Below, in pieces: positions 39,006-52,709 of a DNA stretch of 64,000 nucleotides; position 1 is the stretch's first letter, and each line of letters opens with the position of its first letter. The DNA comes from Octopus vulgaris (lineage: Eukaryota), in the NCBI GenBank assembly GCA_951406725.2, contig OX597821.1, forward strand, positions 26,970,001-27,034,000. Reading direction: 5' to 3'. The notes under the pieces are model-generated. The model worked only from the letters and a program-made list of their open reading frames with translations. It ran no database searches and had not been told where the DNA came from. Both the position numbers and the translations under genes were made by a program.

Positions 39006-41302
39006 ATATTGTTACTATATTAGATTAATGTTATAGTATATTTTCATATCTTTCATGTCTCAAAAGAATTTATTTTTCTTTTCCATCGTCATGTTCAGAA
39101 ACTGTCTCGCATTCACATGGCTCTACCTATAGAGATATAGACATACGCGAGAAAAGCGAATACACACACATCTCTATTTTATATATTAGATGAGATTGTG
39201 ATAACTTTTGCTTGACATAACCCAGGAACAGGTATTTTCTGCCCCCAGGGGGCCCATTACTCATTATGTGAAGAATGTTGTGAGTCTAAAGCCATCTCTG
39301 TCACATAATTAATGTATGCTCCCAGTTTGGAGAAAATCACATTGAAATACGGCCGTTATAATCTTTTACACACATACACGGACACATCGGGATCTATATT
39401 ATAGATAAATCGCCGAAAATGTTTCTTTGTAGTGCTCAATATTTTCCTTTTTTCAGATCTATTGCGTATGAATTCCAGCATTCGCTGGATTAACAGAATC
39501 AAGTGTGTCATTCACGATAAATCGATGGAGCAGGATGTTGCAAAATGCCCATTTATCTATAGAGTAAGCGAATGTATTGTAGAATATAAGGAATGATCTT
39601 CGCGTCCTCTATAGACGCGATTACATATTCTTCGAAATTGTTTTCATGATACCCAATTTCAAAAACGAAATGACAATTTCTTCAATACCTTAGCAGTAGT
39701 TTTGACGCGTGAGCTTCAGTTCATCAATATTAGCAGCAATTCCAAAGTCACGATTAATGCATGACCGGTACACCATATCATACAAAGAATCTGGAAACAG
39801 TTGTACAATATTATGATATAGATCCTACCTTGACAATAGACTTCCACTCATTAATATATCCTCACATCAGACAAAGTTTTAGAATGTTCCCTGAAGGTAG
39901 GGATTTTTACTATCTCGATCCTCAATATCTATATAGAGTTAATGTACCATTAACGACATAATACGTTGGTTTCTTTAGAAATTCGAAAATCTAATATATC
40001 ATTACAGGTATAGTCTATTTCCTGTTTTTATTTTCGATTTTAATGGAATCTCTTTTATATATTTCTGGTATTTCCCTCCGCATTTTTTACACATTCAAAA
40101 AATTAACATTTAATAACATACATCATCTAGTTTCTGTCTTTGTTTTCATTTGCAATGACTTATGCATTTTTAAATATTCTTGCTATTTGCCAGCGCATTC
40201 TTTAGAAATTTTTAAGTAGAATTATTATTTTTTTCGTAATTAAAATCATATTTTAACATTGAAAATTTGTCTCAGCACAATCCTTTTTTTATAATTAATA
40301 TAAATTTTTAAATATATGTTGCTGTTTGCAAATCTGTCCTGTTGGCTTTTAATTTTTTTGTGAGGTAAAGTAAAAATAATAAAAAAGTGTTAAATGATAT
40401 ATTTCTTTACAGAAAAGGAAATCGTAAAAAGTAGCTTTCCCGGATGATGCTGGCGAGCAGGCAAAATCGTTAAAGTGTCGAAAAATGGCTTACTAGATTT
40501 GTTACGACTGCTCACGTTCTGAGTTTAAATTCTGTTAGGCTTAACTTTGTCTTTTATTGTTTCGGGATCAATACATTGAGTACCTCTCAAGTACTTTGAT
40601 CTATTTAGTCAACAATCCACATCCTATATGTTTGCGTTGTTGCACTTGTATTAAAAATTATTCTTGATACACCATTGCATAAGTAAACTAGATTTTGTTT
40701 AAATTTTCATTTCTCATGTTTTCTTTCCTTTAAAAGAAAAATCAATATTTTTACTGTTTGCCTTTATATATTTAGGTAAATATTTGTAGCTGGATTCTCA
40801 GTGTTGACGGTAATCTTATACCAATCAAGTCTCGGTTTATCTCCTGCCCCATATCACACCTCACCGTTCCCTGTGATCAGGCTTGTGGAAGACATGGAGG
40901 AAAAATGGTTGCACTTCGTACGGGAAGAGCAGGCAAAGTAAATTGGAGGAAGGATAACGGATTATAATAAACAAACAGTTATATGGAGTAAGCAACGAGG
41001 GTAAACTCTTGTAAGACATTAAAGACACATTAATGCTTAGTTTAAATTGTTCATAATAATGGCAAAACTTATCTTTTTAATAAACGTCACCTTTAATTGT
41101 TTCGTGGGTTATAAATAAGTAGCTATTCAAGGCAGTGAGATTTGTAGTACACTACTATAAGTATGTCGGGCCAGATGTCTTGCGGCATTTGTTCCAGCGT
41201 TTTGTATCCTGAATTCAAGTCACACCATGGTCTACTTAGGTGGCAGACTTAATAGGTTGCCCGTTTTAACAAAATCAGCTGGTTCCACAGGTGCCACTCT
41301 GT

Positions 41303-42427
41303 TGCAAGAAATCGGGTCAGGGTTCCGGTTTCAGGATATCTAGCTCCTCCCCTCCCTTGTATCGAAGATCATGTAACAGCACATGAAGGCAGCTTGCCTG
41401 CCTGACGATGAGACAAAAAAAAAAATAGACTTGTAAAAGTTATCTCAAGGGATATTCTATAGAAATTATTGCGAGCGGTGATTTTTGTTATGAGGTTTCG
41501 TATTCGAGACGTCAGGTGTAAAACAACGAAATACCGCGTCCATACAAATCATGAAGAGAAATAGAGATTAACAGCTGATAGCCATTGCGTCAACTGTATA
41601 GTAATAAATATACATTGTTGCCTTGCTGTGAAAATGAACAACAAAAGTTCTAATCTCACTTAAGTAGACAATTTGGGACTAACTTAAGTTTTCTTTACAG
41701 AATGACTATTTAACTTTGTTAGCAGAGAATTCAATGTATTTAGGTAAGAATTCGGGCAGATGTAAATCACCTGGGTATGACCTTAAACTGCATCCAGTAG
41801 CGGGGCCCTTGTTCGGGTTTTCTAGGTTTGTGAGGAGCGTGGAACAATCTGTAAGCAACTATTGTTCCTAGATCTACTAAGTCCCAGAGTAGTAACACCT
41901 GTTATAATTCTAGCTGTGTAATAAAAAGGACGAAACCACTGGAGCCCGCTTACGTGCAAATCACAGGATGCAGCATGGTGGATGTGGAATTGTTTCGGCA
42001 GAGGAATTGGTCGAATCAAAAGCAAATATCTGTAGACCCTGAACGGCTGAATAGACAACAAAGTGTCAACGGCTAGTTTCAAACATTACAGTTAGCGAGT
42101 TACTGCTATCATCTGTTGCAGTAGCGTGCGCAGATGAGACATTTCATTTAGCAAAAGATAAATGCAGCTAAAACGCAGGACGGACAATCATGCCTCATCG
42201 CTCGATCAGGATATCGAGCGTAAAAAGGTGTATTGGACCGGTGAAGTTACCCGACGAGATTGAATAGATAAACTGCAAGAAATCGGGTCATGGTTTCAGT
42301 TTCAGGATATCTAACTCCTCCCTCCTTTGTATCGGAGACCGCGTAACAGCACATGAAGGCAGCTTGCCCGCCAGACGTTGAGACAAAAGAAATAGACTTG
42401 TAAAAGTTATCTCAAGCGATATTCTAT
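41303..42427 (+). repeat. Two ~155-bp direct repeats ~970 bp apart
   Basis: TGCAAGAAATCGGGTCA..TTTCAGGATATCT..GTAACAGCACATGAAGGCAGCTTGCC..ATAGACTTGTAAAAGTTATCTCAAG.GATATTCTAT at 41303-41460 and 42274-42427. Confidence 0.9.
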
Positions 42428-42626
42428 GTGAAGTAATGAATTAATAATATACGAGATAATAGTTGGTTGGATAATTTGAAATATATGATATACTGTCTTG
42501 ATAAAGATAAAATTCTAAACTCCTTATTAAAATTAAGCTATGGCTTAAATATATCATATATTATAAGGTATATTTATAATTTCAAAATATTTAAAGCAAT
42601 GCTGTGTAGAGCAGTATTATACATAC

Positions 42627-42743
<117 letters not shown>

Positions 42744-42751
42744 AATCGACA

Positions 42752-43352
42752 TTTTTTTCCTCCAACAACCAATCGTTCGTATTTGAAAGAATCATATAAC
42801 TCAATAAATGTTCCAGATATACAGTTCCTGGGGAAACGAAACAAAAATCGTTGATGCTATTGGATTTGTTTCGCTGAATATCCATACACATAAATGTTAC
42901 ATACATACATTCAAACTTAGGCACATATATAATGCATCCAAGCAGACGCACACATGTGAATAAACATATACGCAGGGATTTATATACCCGAGTATTTAGA
43001 TACATGGATGCACGCGATTACGCAAATGTATGTAAGGAGCTAAGTTCTGAATCCGTTACGAAGCTCTGACTATATATTAGACATACATAAATTTAGATGC
43101 ACACATGTATGCTCACACATATATATACATTATATATACACCTACACAACAAGAAACTTCGACAGTAGTCATATTTAGAACTACGAGGAAAGAGTTGATT
43201 TTATTTTTATTATGCGTTCATTTCAATTTTATTTTGAAATATTTCTTGGAAAAATTTTCTCCATAAACAACCAATCGTGCTCGAAGTAATCATATAATCC
43301 AATAACTGCTCCAGATATACAGCTCCTGGTGAAACTAAAACAAGAACCATTC
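42752..43352. repeat. Diverged ~95-bp direct duplication
   Basis: AACAACCAATCGT..AATCATATAA..TCCAGATATACAGyTCCTGGkGAAAC..AACAA at ~42764 and ~43266. Confidence 0.8.
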
Positions 43353-43743
43353 TCACTGTGAGAGTTGCGAAGCTGTTAAAAGAAATGTAAAAAGGGAAAA
43401 ATAAAAGAAAATACGGAAAAGAGGAAAAATAAGCAGAAGAAATAAATAAAAAAAAATGAAAATAAAAAAGTAAAAACACGCAGAGAATAAAATAGGTGTT
43501 AAAAAGTCGGAACGTAATATTTAATTTAAATTTCTAATTTTATTGATCCAAAAGTTTCATCGAAGACTTTCTCGGCAATCCGCAAATTACATTGACATTA
43601 AAAACTGGAAGCAAAAAAAAAAAAATAATAAAAGGAAAGAAAAAAAAAAAACAGAAGAAAAAAAAAAACAGAAGAAAACGAACCGAGAAGATAAAACAAT
43701 TTCCATAAGTCGCATAATTTGATCATCGTATTTTTGATCATTT

Positions 43744-43744
<1 letters not shown>

Positions 43745-43783
<39 letters not shown>

Positions 43784-44007
43784 GATGCTGTTGCTGCTGC
43801 TGTTACTTCTGCTAGTGGTGTTGATGATGATGATGATGCTGTTGCCACTATAATTGCCGCTGCTGCTAACATTGTTGCTATTACTATTACTGTAGCTCTA
43901 CTACTACTACTACTACTACCACTGCCACCACTACTACCGCAACTACTACTACTGCTACTGCTACTACTACCACCACCACCAAGAACAACAACACAACCAC
44001 CACCACC

Positions 44008-44057
<50 letters not shown>

Positions 44058-44110
44058 CACTACTACTACTGCTGCTGCTGCTGCTGCCTCCACTACCACT
44101 GATGGTGATG
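43745..44110. repeat. Compound (ACT/GCT/GAT/ACC)n microsatellite
   Basis: Seen directly. Confidence 0.95.
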
Positions 44111-44269
44111 CTCGGTGTTAATTACTATTAAAATGTATTTTAACACAGATAATAATGATAATAATTTTTTTTATTAAATATTACTACAAAAATTGATTTC
44201 ATAGGCAATAAAAAAAATTAGCAAGTTAGAAAACAATAACAACAACAACAACAACAATAACAATAATGC

Positions 44270-44472
44270 GTTCTACTCCAGGCACAAGGACTGCCATAGT
44301 TTTGAGAGAGTAATTGATTACGTAGGCCCCATTACTTGATAGGTTCTTGTTTTACCGCCCCTAAAGGATAAAAGGCAAAGTCGATTTCAGCCGTATTCGA
44401 ACTCAGAACGTAAAGATATGTGAAATGCGGCTTTCTGTGTAGTGTACAAACGATTTTGGCAGCTTATCACAT
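44270..44472 (-). mobile_element. SINE family A (tail type 1) next to (AAC/AAT)n
   Basis: TTCTACTCCAGGCACAAGG..AAAGGATAAAAGGCAAAGTCGA..GAACTCAGAACGT. Confidence 0.8.
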
Positions 44473-44689
44473 GAGGTGCAGATTAAAAGATTATACAGTG
44501 GATGTTTTTTTTTTGACGTGGTATTAGACATGTACGTAGCGTTAACCCAAATCATCTATCAGTGAACGGCTTAATGAAGATGGGATTTCAGTTGCGTGTG
44601 GGATATAGAAAACATGCAGAGAATTATTTTAACTATCCTGTTCGCTGCTTCTGAATGCTGAAAGATGAAGCACATGTGCTGCCAAGGAT

Positions 44690-44968
44690 GGTTGTTTGTT
44701 CCTTCTCGAGCCATGCCTGGCTCATAAGGGCCGGTTTCTGGGTTTCTTGGCGTATAGGTTCGGGTCTCAGTTGAGCTGCAAGAGGAAAGAGTGAGAGAAA
44801 GTTGTGGTGGAAGAGTCAGCAGAAGCTCGCCATTACCTTCTGCCGGAGCCGCGTGGAACTTAGGTGTTTTCGCTCATAAACACACACATCGCCCGGTCTG
44901 AAATTCGAACCGGTGATCCCTCGACCGCGCGTCCTCTGCTCTAACCACTAGGCCATGTGCCGCCACTC
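44690..44968 (-). mobile_element. SINE family C with a different tail
   Basis: Head GAGTGGCGGCACATGGCCTAGTGGTTAGAG; body GAAAGAGTGAGAGAAAGTTGTGG shared; CAAGGAT.GTT at both flanks may be a TSD. Confidence 0.82.
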
Positions 44969-45204
44969 AAGGATAGTTAGCATAAAACCTCGAAAGATAC
45001 GACCAGTCAACTAGTTTTAAGAACTAGAAGCTCCGGAATGTGTGTTAGTGAGTCATAAGAAGAATACAGACGATTCGGCTCTCTGTAACACGTAGTTATA
45101 GTTTTGTTGATATTGGGGTTGGGAATGTAAATGCAGGCAAAGGGCGTTAAGAGAGCAAACAAGACCGAATGTTCTGAAAAGTAAAACGATAATTATAGTA
45201 ATGG

Positions 45205-45421
45205 AGGTTTCGAATCTTGCTACAAGGGCAACCATATTGTGGGGAAGACATGAATCGATTACATCGACTTCAGTGCTCAACTAGTATATATTTTATCGAC
45301 GCTGAAATGATGGAAGGCAAGTTCGATCTCGGCGGTATTTGAACTCAGAATGTAACCACGGACGAAATACCGCTAAGCATTTCATCCAGAGCGCTAACGA
45401 TTCTGCTAGTTTACCGTCTTA
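45205..45421 (-). mobile_element. SINE family A
   Basis: CTCGGCGGTATTTGAACTCAGAA..GACGAAATACCGCTAAGCATTTC..GCTAACGATTCTGC. Confidence 0.85.
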
Positions 45422-45439
45422 ATAAAAATAATAATAAGT

Positions 45440-45876
45440 GCTACGTGCTGATGCAGTGGTTGCCGATATGTGCATCTCTGATCACGGGCAGAAGTAGTTG
45501 GGGAGCAACATAGCCGTGTGTCGAGAGGATTTATTTGTGTGTTTGAATAATTCACCTCTGGAAACATCGGTGTTTCATTCATCATCCTTAAACAGCCCTT
45601 ATTCAGGGACCTTTTGACATGAAAAAAATCTAAATGGGCCCCACCGGCAAGGTTATGCGCTGTCTATTTTGATATAAGATGTGACTCCCTAATCTGACTC
45701 CCTAATCTTGGTTCTGAGACCAGGTATCGTTGTGGGAGATAAAGGGAAAAAGAATATGTCGCACACATGTTGTGATGCATCTGCTTGGTGTAACTTTATC
45801 AGACGAGTAGTCATGATGGGTATATTGCTCTTCGTATAATTACACCACGGTGTCCTTTTGATGGGACGCACTGCTC

Positions 45877-45877
<1 letters not shown>
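45440..45877. mobile_element. Unclassified interspersed repeat between AAT tracts
   Basis: TGTGyATCTCTGAT.ACG..CAGAAGTA..AGC..TGTGT..AGAG..GTTTGAATAA also at ~8890-8968. Confidence 0.55.
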
Positions 45878-45933
<56 letters not shown>

Positions 45934-45934
<1 letters not shown>

Positions 45935-48180
45935 TTGCTGAATGGCTCACGAAGGGGAAAACCATCTTAATTCCCAAATCAAATGAAACAGAAAAACCAG
46001 AAAACTACAGACCAATAACCTGCCTCCCTACTATGTTCAAGGCATTTACTGCAGTGATATCGCAAAGGCTGAACAAGCACCTGGACGAAAACAAACTGTT
46101 CCCAGAAGAGCAGAAAGGATGCTGCAAAGGCTCATATGGCTGTAAAGATCAACTAATGATTAATAAAGCCATAACTGAAGACAGCCACAGAAAGAAGAAA
46201 GGCCTCAGTATGGCCTGGATTGACTACAAAAAGGCGTTTGATAGCATCCCCCACACATGGATCCTCGAAACACTAGCCATTAACAAAGTAGCACCAACAA
46301 TCATAAAATTCATAGAGCACTCTATGAATAAATGGCAAACAGTCCTACACCTCCAAACAAAAGAGGGACTCATGAAAACCAAAGACATCCCCATAAGAAG
46401 AGGAATATTCCAGGGAAACACGCTCTCTCCAGTCCTTTTCTGCTTGGCACTGTCACCTCTATCTGATATGCTAAATAGAACTGGATGCGGATATAAATGT
46501 TACGGCAAAACGATCAGCCACCTTTTATATATGGATGACCTAAAACTATACGCTGCAAATGACAAACAGCTGGAAACACTATTAAAGACAGTTCATGGAT
46601 TTACCAAAGAAATAGATATGAAATTTGGATTAGAAAAATGCGCCAAAGTAACCATGAAAAGAGGAAAACTAGTTAAGAGTAACAACATCACACTAGAAAA
46701 AAACAATGAAATAAAAGAATTAGACCAAAGCCAAACTTACAAATACTTAGGAATCCATGAACTAGATAAGACACAACACACATAAATGAAAGAGAAAATA
46801 AAAAAAGAATATTATAGACGAGTTAGATCAATACTAAACACAGAGCTCAATGCTAAAAACAAGATAATAGGTATCAACACTTTAGCTGTCCTAGTTATAA
46901 GTTACAGCTACAATATCCTTAACTGGACACGAAATGAACTGACCAAAATAGATAGGAAAACAAGAAAAATAATGACAGGATCTAGGATGCATCACCCAAA
47001 ATCTGACATAGAAAGACTATATATACAACGTATAGAAGGTGGTAGAGGCCTTATACAGCTGGAAAACTACTATAAAATAACCACCATAGGACTGCAAAAA
47101 TATCTACTTCAGAAGGAAGGAAAACTGATCCAGATAGCGGCAAAACACGAGCAAAACAAAAAACTGTTCTCAGTATTTAAGGAAGCTGACAAATACAAAC
47201 AAGAAATCATACCACCTAATAAACATGAAGAAGAAGAAGATGAAGAAACAACAAAAGCTATAAAACAAATGAAATCCAAACTAAAAATAGAACAGCAACG
47301 AACCATGATAAAACGATGGCAAGAAAAGCCCCTTCATGGTAAATACTGGACTAAACTAAACGCAAAAGAAATAGACAAAGAAAAATCCCAGCAATGGTTG
47401 AGAAGCTCAGGACTCGAAGCAGAAACAGAGGGATTTTTAATTGCAGCACAAGACCAAAGCCTCCCCACCAGAAATTACCAAAAACATGTAATGAAAAGAA
47501 ATATTACAAGTAACTGCAGAATATGTGGAGATGGACAAGAAACAATAAATCATATTATCTCTAGCTGCCCAGTCCTGGCTAAGAAGGAATATATTCACAG
47601 ACATGACAGAGTTGGAACCTACATACATTGGAAGCTATGCCAACATTATGGAATAACAACAGAAAAAAGATGGTATAGGCACACACCAGAAAAGGTCGCA
47701 GAAAACGAGAAAGCAACCATACTCTGGGATATGCCGATACACACAGATAGAGAAATTAAGGCCAACAGATCAGATATAGTTGTCAGAGACCATGAAGAAA
47801 AAAATGCTTTCTAATTGATGTATCAATACCGGCTGATGACAACGTGTCTCTAAAAGAAATGGAGAAACTCTCAAAATACAAAGACCTGAAAATAGAGGTA
47901 ACTAGAATGTGGAATCTGAAAACAGAAACAATTCCTATCATAGTAGGTGCATTAGGCATGATAAAAAAATATTCAGACAAATACATAACAAAAACACCAG
48001 GACTTACAAACACATATAACATACAGAAAATTGCACTACTGGGCACTGCACACATCCTACGCAGAACACTTTCCATACAATAACCATCAGAGCATCACAA
48101 CAAATCACAGCACATACCCAAGGCACACAGAGCTGCGCTCGGTAGTGAAGTGAAAGCACGCTATAAAAATAAAACTACTG
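45934..48180 (+). mobile_element. R4/Dong-type non-LTR retrotransposon (RT + CCHC + restriction-like endonuclease), 5'-truncated, in (AAT)n
   Basis: NYRPITCL, EQKG, WIDYKKAFDS, RGIFQGNTLSP, LYMDDLK, FGLEKC, YKYLG, GGRGL, CRICGDGQETINHIISSC, RHD, K..KY; in-frame stop at 46783-46785 and a 1-bp deletion near 47800; (AAT)n on both sides. Confidence 0.95.
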
Positions 48181-48224
48181 AATAATAATAATAATAATAA
48201 TAATAAGAAGAAGAATAACTTGAG

Positions 48225-48890
48225 AAAAATGTATATATGGAGAGAACGTATCAGAAAAATGTAGAGCCTGTGGAACTTAGAAGGAGACAGTGGCACACAT
48301 TGTGACAGAATGCACCATGTTGGCACAGAAATGATATAAGAAGTGTAACCACGACCGCGTTGTAAAAGTCTTACACTGAAAACTGTGCCAGAAATGGGAA
48401 TTTGGAGCTGGAAACATGGTTCAAACGCAGAGAGGAAAGAGTACTGGAGGCAGAGAAATGTAAGATTTTGTAGGCCTTTCCTATACAAACGGACAAGAAT
48501 TTAGAAAATAATAGACCGGACATAAACGTTATAGATAAGAAAAATCGAAGTTGCTTACTAGTCGACCCATCATGCACGTTTGATTCCAGAATCGTAAAGT
48601 TGGAAGACGGAAAATAACGAAAATACAATCTCTTAAAATTTGAAATAGGAAGAATTTGGAGTATGAGAATAGTCAAGTTCGTGCCTATTAATAATTGGTG
48701 CATTGGGAACAGTAAGCAAAGACATTGACAAATGGCTGAAGGTGATTGGAGTAGAATGCCCGCTAGATTTCTTTCTTAGGGACCGCAAGGATTATCTGGA
48801 GGTTTCTAAGCACTTAAAAATAATAGAAAACTTGTGGATCCCTAAGGTTGCAGGCAGTAACATATACTCGCATAAATCCTACAAAGAATA
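48225..48890 (+). pseudogene. Older, distinct R4/Dong-type 3' fragment (CCHC + RLE)
   Basis: KCRACG..ETVAHIVTEC, HDRV, PIQTDKNLENNRPDI, LLVDPS, KYNLLKFEIGRIW, IIGALG with stops. Confidence 0.85.
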
Positions 48891-48919
48891 AGACCGAACC
48901 TAAGCCAAACCAAAATAAT

Positions 48920-49880
48920 AATTTGGAACAAAAACCGCTCTATGGCAATGTGTGATCCGTAGAGAACAAACTGATGCAGACCAGAAGCACCCCCATCAGT
49001 GGCTACAGAGGTCAGAGAGCAAAACATTTATCTTAGCTGGCTCAAAATCAGAGCTTATCGACTCGGACATACCAAGCCAACGTGATGGAAAATGGAGTTG
49101 ACCCAAAGTGCCGAGACTGTAACAATGAGATTGAAACAGTGGACCACCTAATACGTGGATGTAAGGTTTTAGCACCAGTTGAGTATAAATCCACACATGA
49201 CGGAGTTGGCCAATATCTACACTGGATAATATGTCGGCGATATAAAATCAAAAGTGCTGACAAATGGTACAAGCACTATCCTGAGGCTGTAACTGAGGGA
49301 GAAAACGGACTTTGGGACTTTCCAACACATACAGACTGGACCATGAAAGCTAATAAACAGATATTGTTGTGACTGGCCAAAAGATAAAATCTGTTTATTG
49401 ATTGACGTAAGCATACCTTGTGATCATACCTGAGCAAAAGAATTTGATTAGCTTAGAAAATATAAAGATTTGCTGATTGAAAGCGAAAAAACGTAGCATT
49501 TGAAGACGGTTACAATACCATTGCTTGTAGGAACACATGGAATGATCAAAAATGGAACTGAAAATTATTTCAGGATGTTACCACCCATACAGGAAGTAAA
49601 AATATGTTGTCTCAATTGTAAATCACACGTGTTGAGAAGAGCTTTGTCGCTGTGAATATTCTTTCCTTTTCCTCTTTGTTTTCTTTGTTTTCTTATTTTT
49701 TCCTTTTTTCTTTTTTTCTTTCTTTCCTCAATCTTTTCCCCCTTTTTTGCTATCACATCACTTTGTAAATGAAAAATCTGACGTGTTTCGTTTGATGATC
49801 TACCAATTTATATAGTGAATTTCTGTGCCCTAGGTGTTGGGGAGATATTCCTCAAGAAATGGAAACAAATTGAGAAAGGA
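48920..49880 (+). pseudogene. Third R4/Dong-type subfamily, 3' fragment with 3' UTR
   Basis: KPLYG, HQWL, KCRDCNNEIETVDHLIRGC, HDGVGQYLHW, LWDFPTHTD, LLIDVSIP, KYKDL, LRRALSL*; followed by GAT/AAT repeats. Confidence 0.85.
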
Positions 49881-49890
49881 TAATGATAAA

Positions 49891-49922
<32 letters not shown>

Positions 49923-49926
49923 TAAT

Positions 49927-50144
49927 CTTTCTGCTATAGGCACAAAGTCTGAAATTTTGTGGGAATTTGCTATTCAATTATATCGACCCCAGTACCTGAC
50001 CGATTCCTTACTTTATCCTCTCCAAAAGGATGACGGGCAGACGCTGACCTTGGTCGAAGTTGAACGAAGGACGTAATGAATAGGAAGAAATTCTACGAAG
50101 CATTTTGTCCGACGCATTAACAATACTGCCTGTTTGCTGACTTA
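49927..50144 (-). mobile_element. SINE family A (tail type 1) inside (AAT)n
   Basis: CTTTCTGCTATAGGCACAAAG..TATCGACCCCAGTAC..AAAGGATGA; AAT tracts on both sides. Confidence 0.75.
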
Positions 50145-50375
<231 letters not shown>

Positions 50376-51081
50376 AAGTATTATAAACAGCAAGGACAAA
50401 AGAAAGACAAAATAGACTAAGAACACATAAAATTTAATGCAAAAGAAGGCTGGGCCATTTACCATTTTGCTGAATTTCTGAGTAGAAGACAGGAGAGTTA
50501 GTAATTGATTAACTATTAGATTTTGAATTTTTATTTTATTTCATTAATATTGAGGAATTTCTCACTGTTTTATTGCGTACAGATGAAGATTTTTACCTCC
50601 CGGAAATGGTTGCAAAGTCGATGAAAAATTCAATGGTAATTATGGAGTTGGTACTGGTAACGATGGGAGTATTTATAGTTTCTGTTATGATGGCGATGAT
50701 GATGATGTTCATACTGCTGGTTTTCGTTAGTGTTATTCGACATGTGCTGAGATTAAGGTTTTCATTCTGATACATGTATTAGAAGAATATTGTTTCTGTT
50801 TTTTTTCTTTTGCAGTTGCTGCTCTTCGTTTTTGGTCTGTTTTATATTTATTCTTTACTTTTCGTTACACGAGATTTTTGATAAACTAATAAAACACATC
50901 AATAGTAAAAATGTATACGAAAAACATTAATTGAAAAAGAAGAACAAAGATAAATAATGCAAGTGACTATTAAGAACGACAAAAAACAAAAAAAAAACAA
51001 GAAAACAAAATGCAATAATGTGTTCGTATAAATATGAGGCGACGATGGGGGCGCAGAAACAGTAACTGGAATTAAACAGCA

Positions 51082-51106
51082 TAATAATGAAAACGATGAT
51101 GCTGAA

Positions 51107-51156
<50 letters not shown>

Positions 51157-51167
51157 CAATAACAATG

Positions 51168-51264
<97 letters not shown>

Positions 51265-51268
51265 CAAC

Positions 51269-51318
<50 letters not shown>

Positions 51319-51338
51319 CAACAATAATAACAATAATA

Positions 51339-51385
<47 letters not shown>
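51082..51385. repeat. (GAT)n then (AAT/AAC)n array
   Basis: Seen directly. Confidence 0.97.
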
Positions 51386-51387
<2 letters not shown>

Positions 51388-52663
51388 AATATCCTTAACT
51401 GGACACGAAATGAACTGACCAAAATAGACAGGAAAACAAGAAAAATAATGACAGGATCTAGGATGCATCACCCAAAATCTGACATAGAAAGACTATATAT
51501 ACAACGTATAGAAGGTGGTAGAGGCCTTATACAGCTGGAAAACTACTATAAAATAACCACCATAGGACTGCAAAAATATCTACTTCAGAAGGAAGGAAAA
51601 CTGATCCAGATAGCGGCAAAACACGAGCAAAACAAAAAACTGTTCTCAGTATTTAAGGAAGCTGACAAATACAAACAAGAAATCATACCACCTAATAAAC
51701 ATGAAGAAGAAGAAGAAGATGAAGAAACAACAAAAGCTATAAAAAAAATGAAATCCAAACTAAAAATAGAACAGCAAAGAACCATGATAAAACGATGGCA
51801 AGAAAAGCCCCTTCATGGTAAATACTGGACTAAACTAAACGCAAAAGAAATAGACAAAGAAAAATCCCAGCAATGGTTGAGAAGCTCAGGACTCAAAGCA
51901 GAAACAGAGGGATTTTTAATTGCAGCACAAGACCAAAGCCTCCCCACCAGAAATTACCAAAAACATGTAATGAAAAGAAATATTACAAGTAACTGCAGAA
52001 TATGTGGAGATGGACAAGAAACAATAAATCATATTATCTCTAGCTGCCCAGTCCTGGCTAAGAAGGAATATATTCACAGACATGACAGAGTTGGAACTTA
52101 CATACATTGGAAGCTATGCCAACATTATGGAATAACAACAGAAAAAAGATGGTATAGGCACACACCAGAAAAGGTCACAGAAAACGAGAAAGCAACCATA
52201 CTCTGGGATATGCCGATACACACAGATAGAGAAATTAAGGCCAACAGACCAGATATAGTTGTCAGAGACCATGAAGAAAAAAAATGCTTTCTAATTGATG
52301 TATCAGTACCGGCAGATGACAACGTGTCTCTAAAAGAAATGGAGAAACTCTCAAAATACAAAGACCTGGAAATAGAGGTAACTAGAATGTGGAATCTGAA
52401 AACAGAAACAATTCCTATCATAGTAGGTGCATTAGGCATGATAAAAAAATATTCAGACAAATACATAACAAAAACACCAGGACTTACAAACACATATAAC
52501 ATACAGAAAATTGCACTACTGGGCACTGCACACATCCTACGCAGAACACTTTCCATACAATAACCATCAGAGCATCACAACAAATCACAGCACAAACCCA
52601 AGGCACACAGAGCTGTGCTCGGTAGTGAAGTGAAAGCACGCTCTAAAAATAAAAATAAAACTA

Positions 52664-52666
<3 letters not shown>
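51385..52666 (+). mobile_element. Second young R4/Dong copy, more 5'-truncated, in (AAT)n
   Basis: Matches 46909-48180 with roughly a dozen substitutions and 3 small indels; same 3' end AAAACTACTG|AATAAT. Confidence 0.96.
51448..52563 (+). CDS. Uninterrupted C-terminal ORF (thumb, CCHC knuckle, PD-D-K restriction-like endonuclease) of the truncated R4/Dong copy
   Basis: 371 aa; CRIC..H..C, RHD, NRPDIVV..LIDVSV..EKLSKYKDL; no RT core and no promoter evident. Confidence 0.8.
   Translation: MTGSRMHHPKSDIERLYIQRIEGGRGLIQLENYYKITTIGLQKYLLQKEGKLIQIAAKHEQNKKLFSVFKEADKYKQEIIPPNKHEEEEEDEETTKAIKKMKSKLKIEQQRTMIKRWQEKPLHGKYWTKLNAKEIDKEKSQQWLRSSGLKAETEGFLIAAQDQSLPTRNYQKHVMKRNITSNCRICGDGQETINHIISSCPVLAKKEYIHRHDRVGTYIHWKLCQHYGITTEKRWYRHTPEKVTENEKATILWDMPIHTDREIKANRPDIVVRDHEEKKCFLIDVSVPADDNVSLKEMEKLSKYKDLEIEVTRMWNLKTETIPIIVGALGMIKKYSDKYITKTPGLTNTYNIQKIALLGTAHILRRTLSIQ

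Positions 52667-52709
<43 letters not shown>

Noticed and set aside
41870-41940. GTCC..GGACGAAAC as a hammerhead
   Set aside because: No CTGANGA-like core before GTCC and no closing stems.
42752-43352. Duplicated segment as tandem alternative exons on the minus strand
   Set aside because: Both copies have a pyrimidine tract plus CAG, but they differ by a 4-nt indel and I found no shared donor site.
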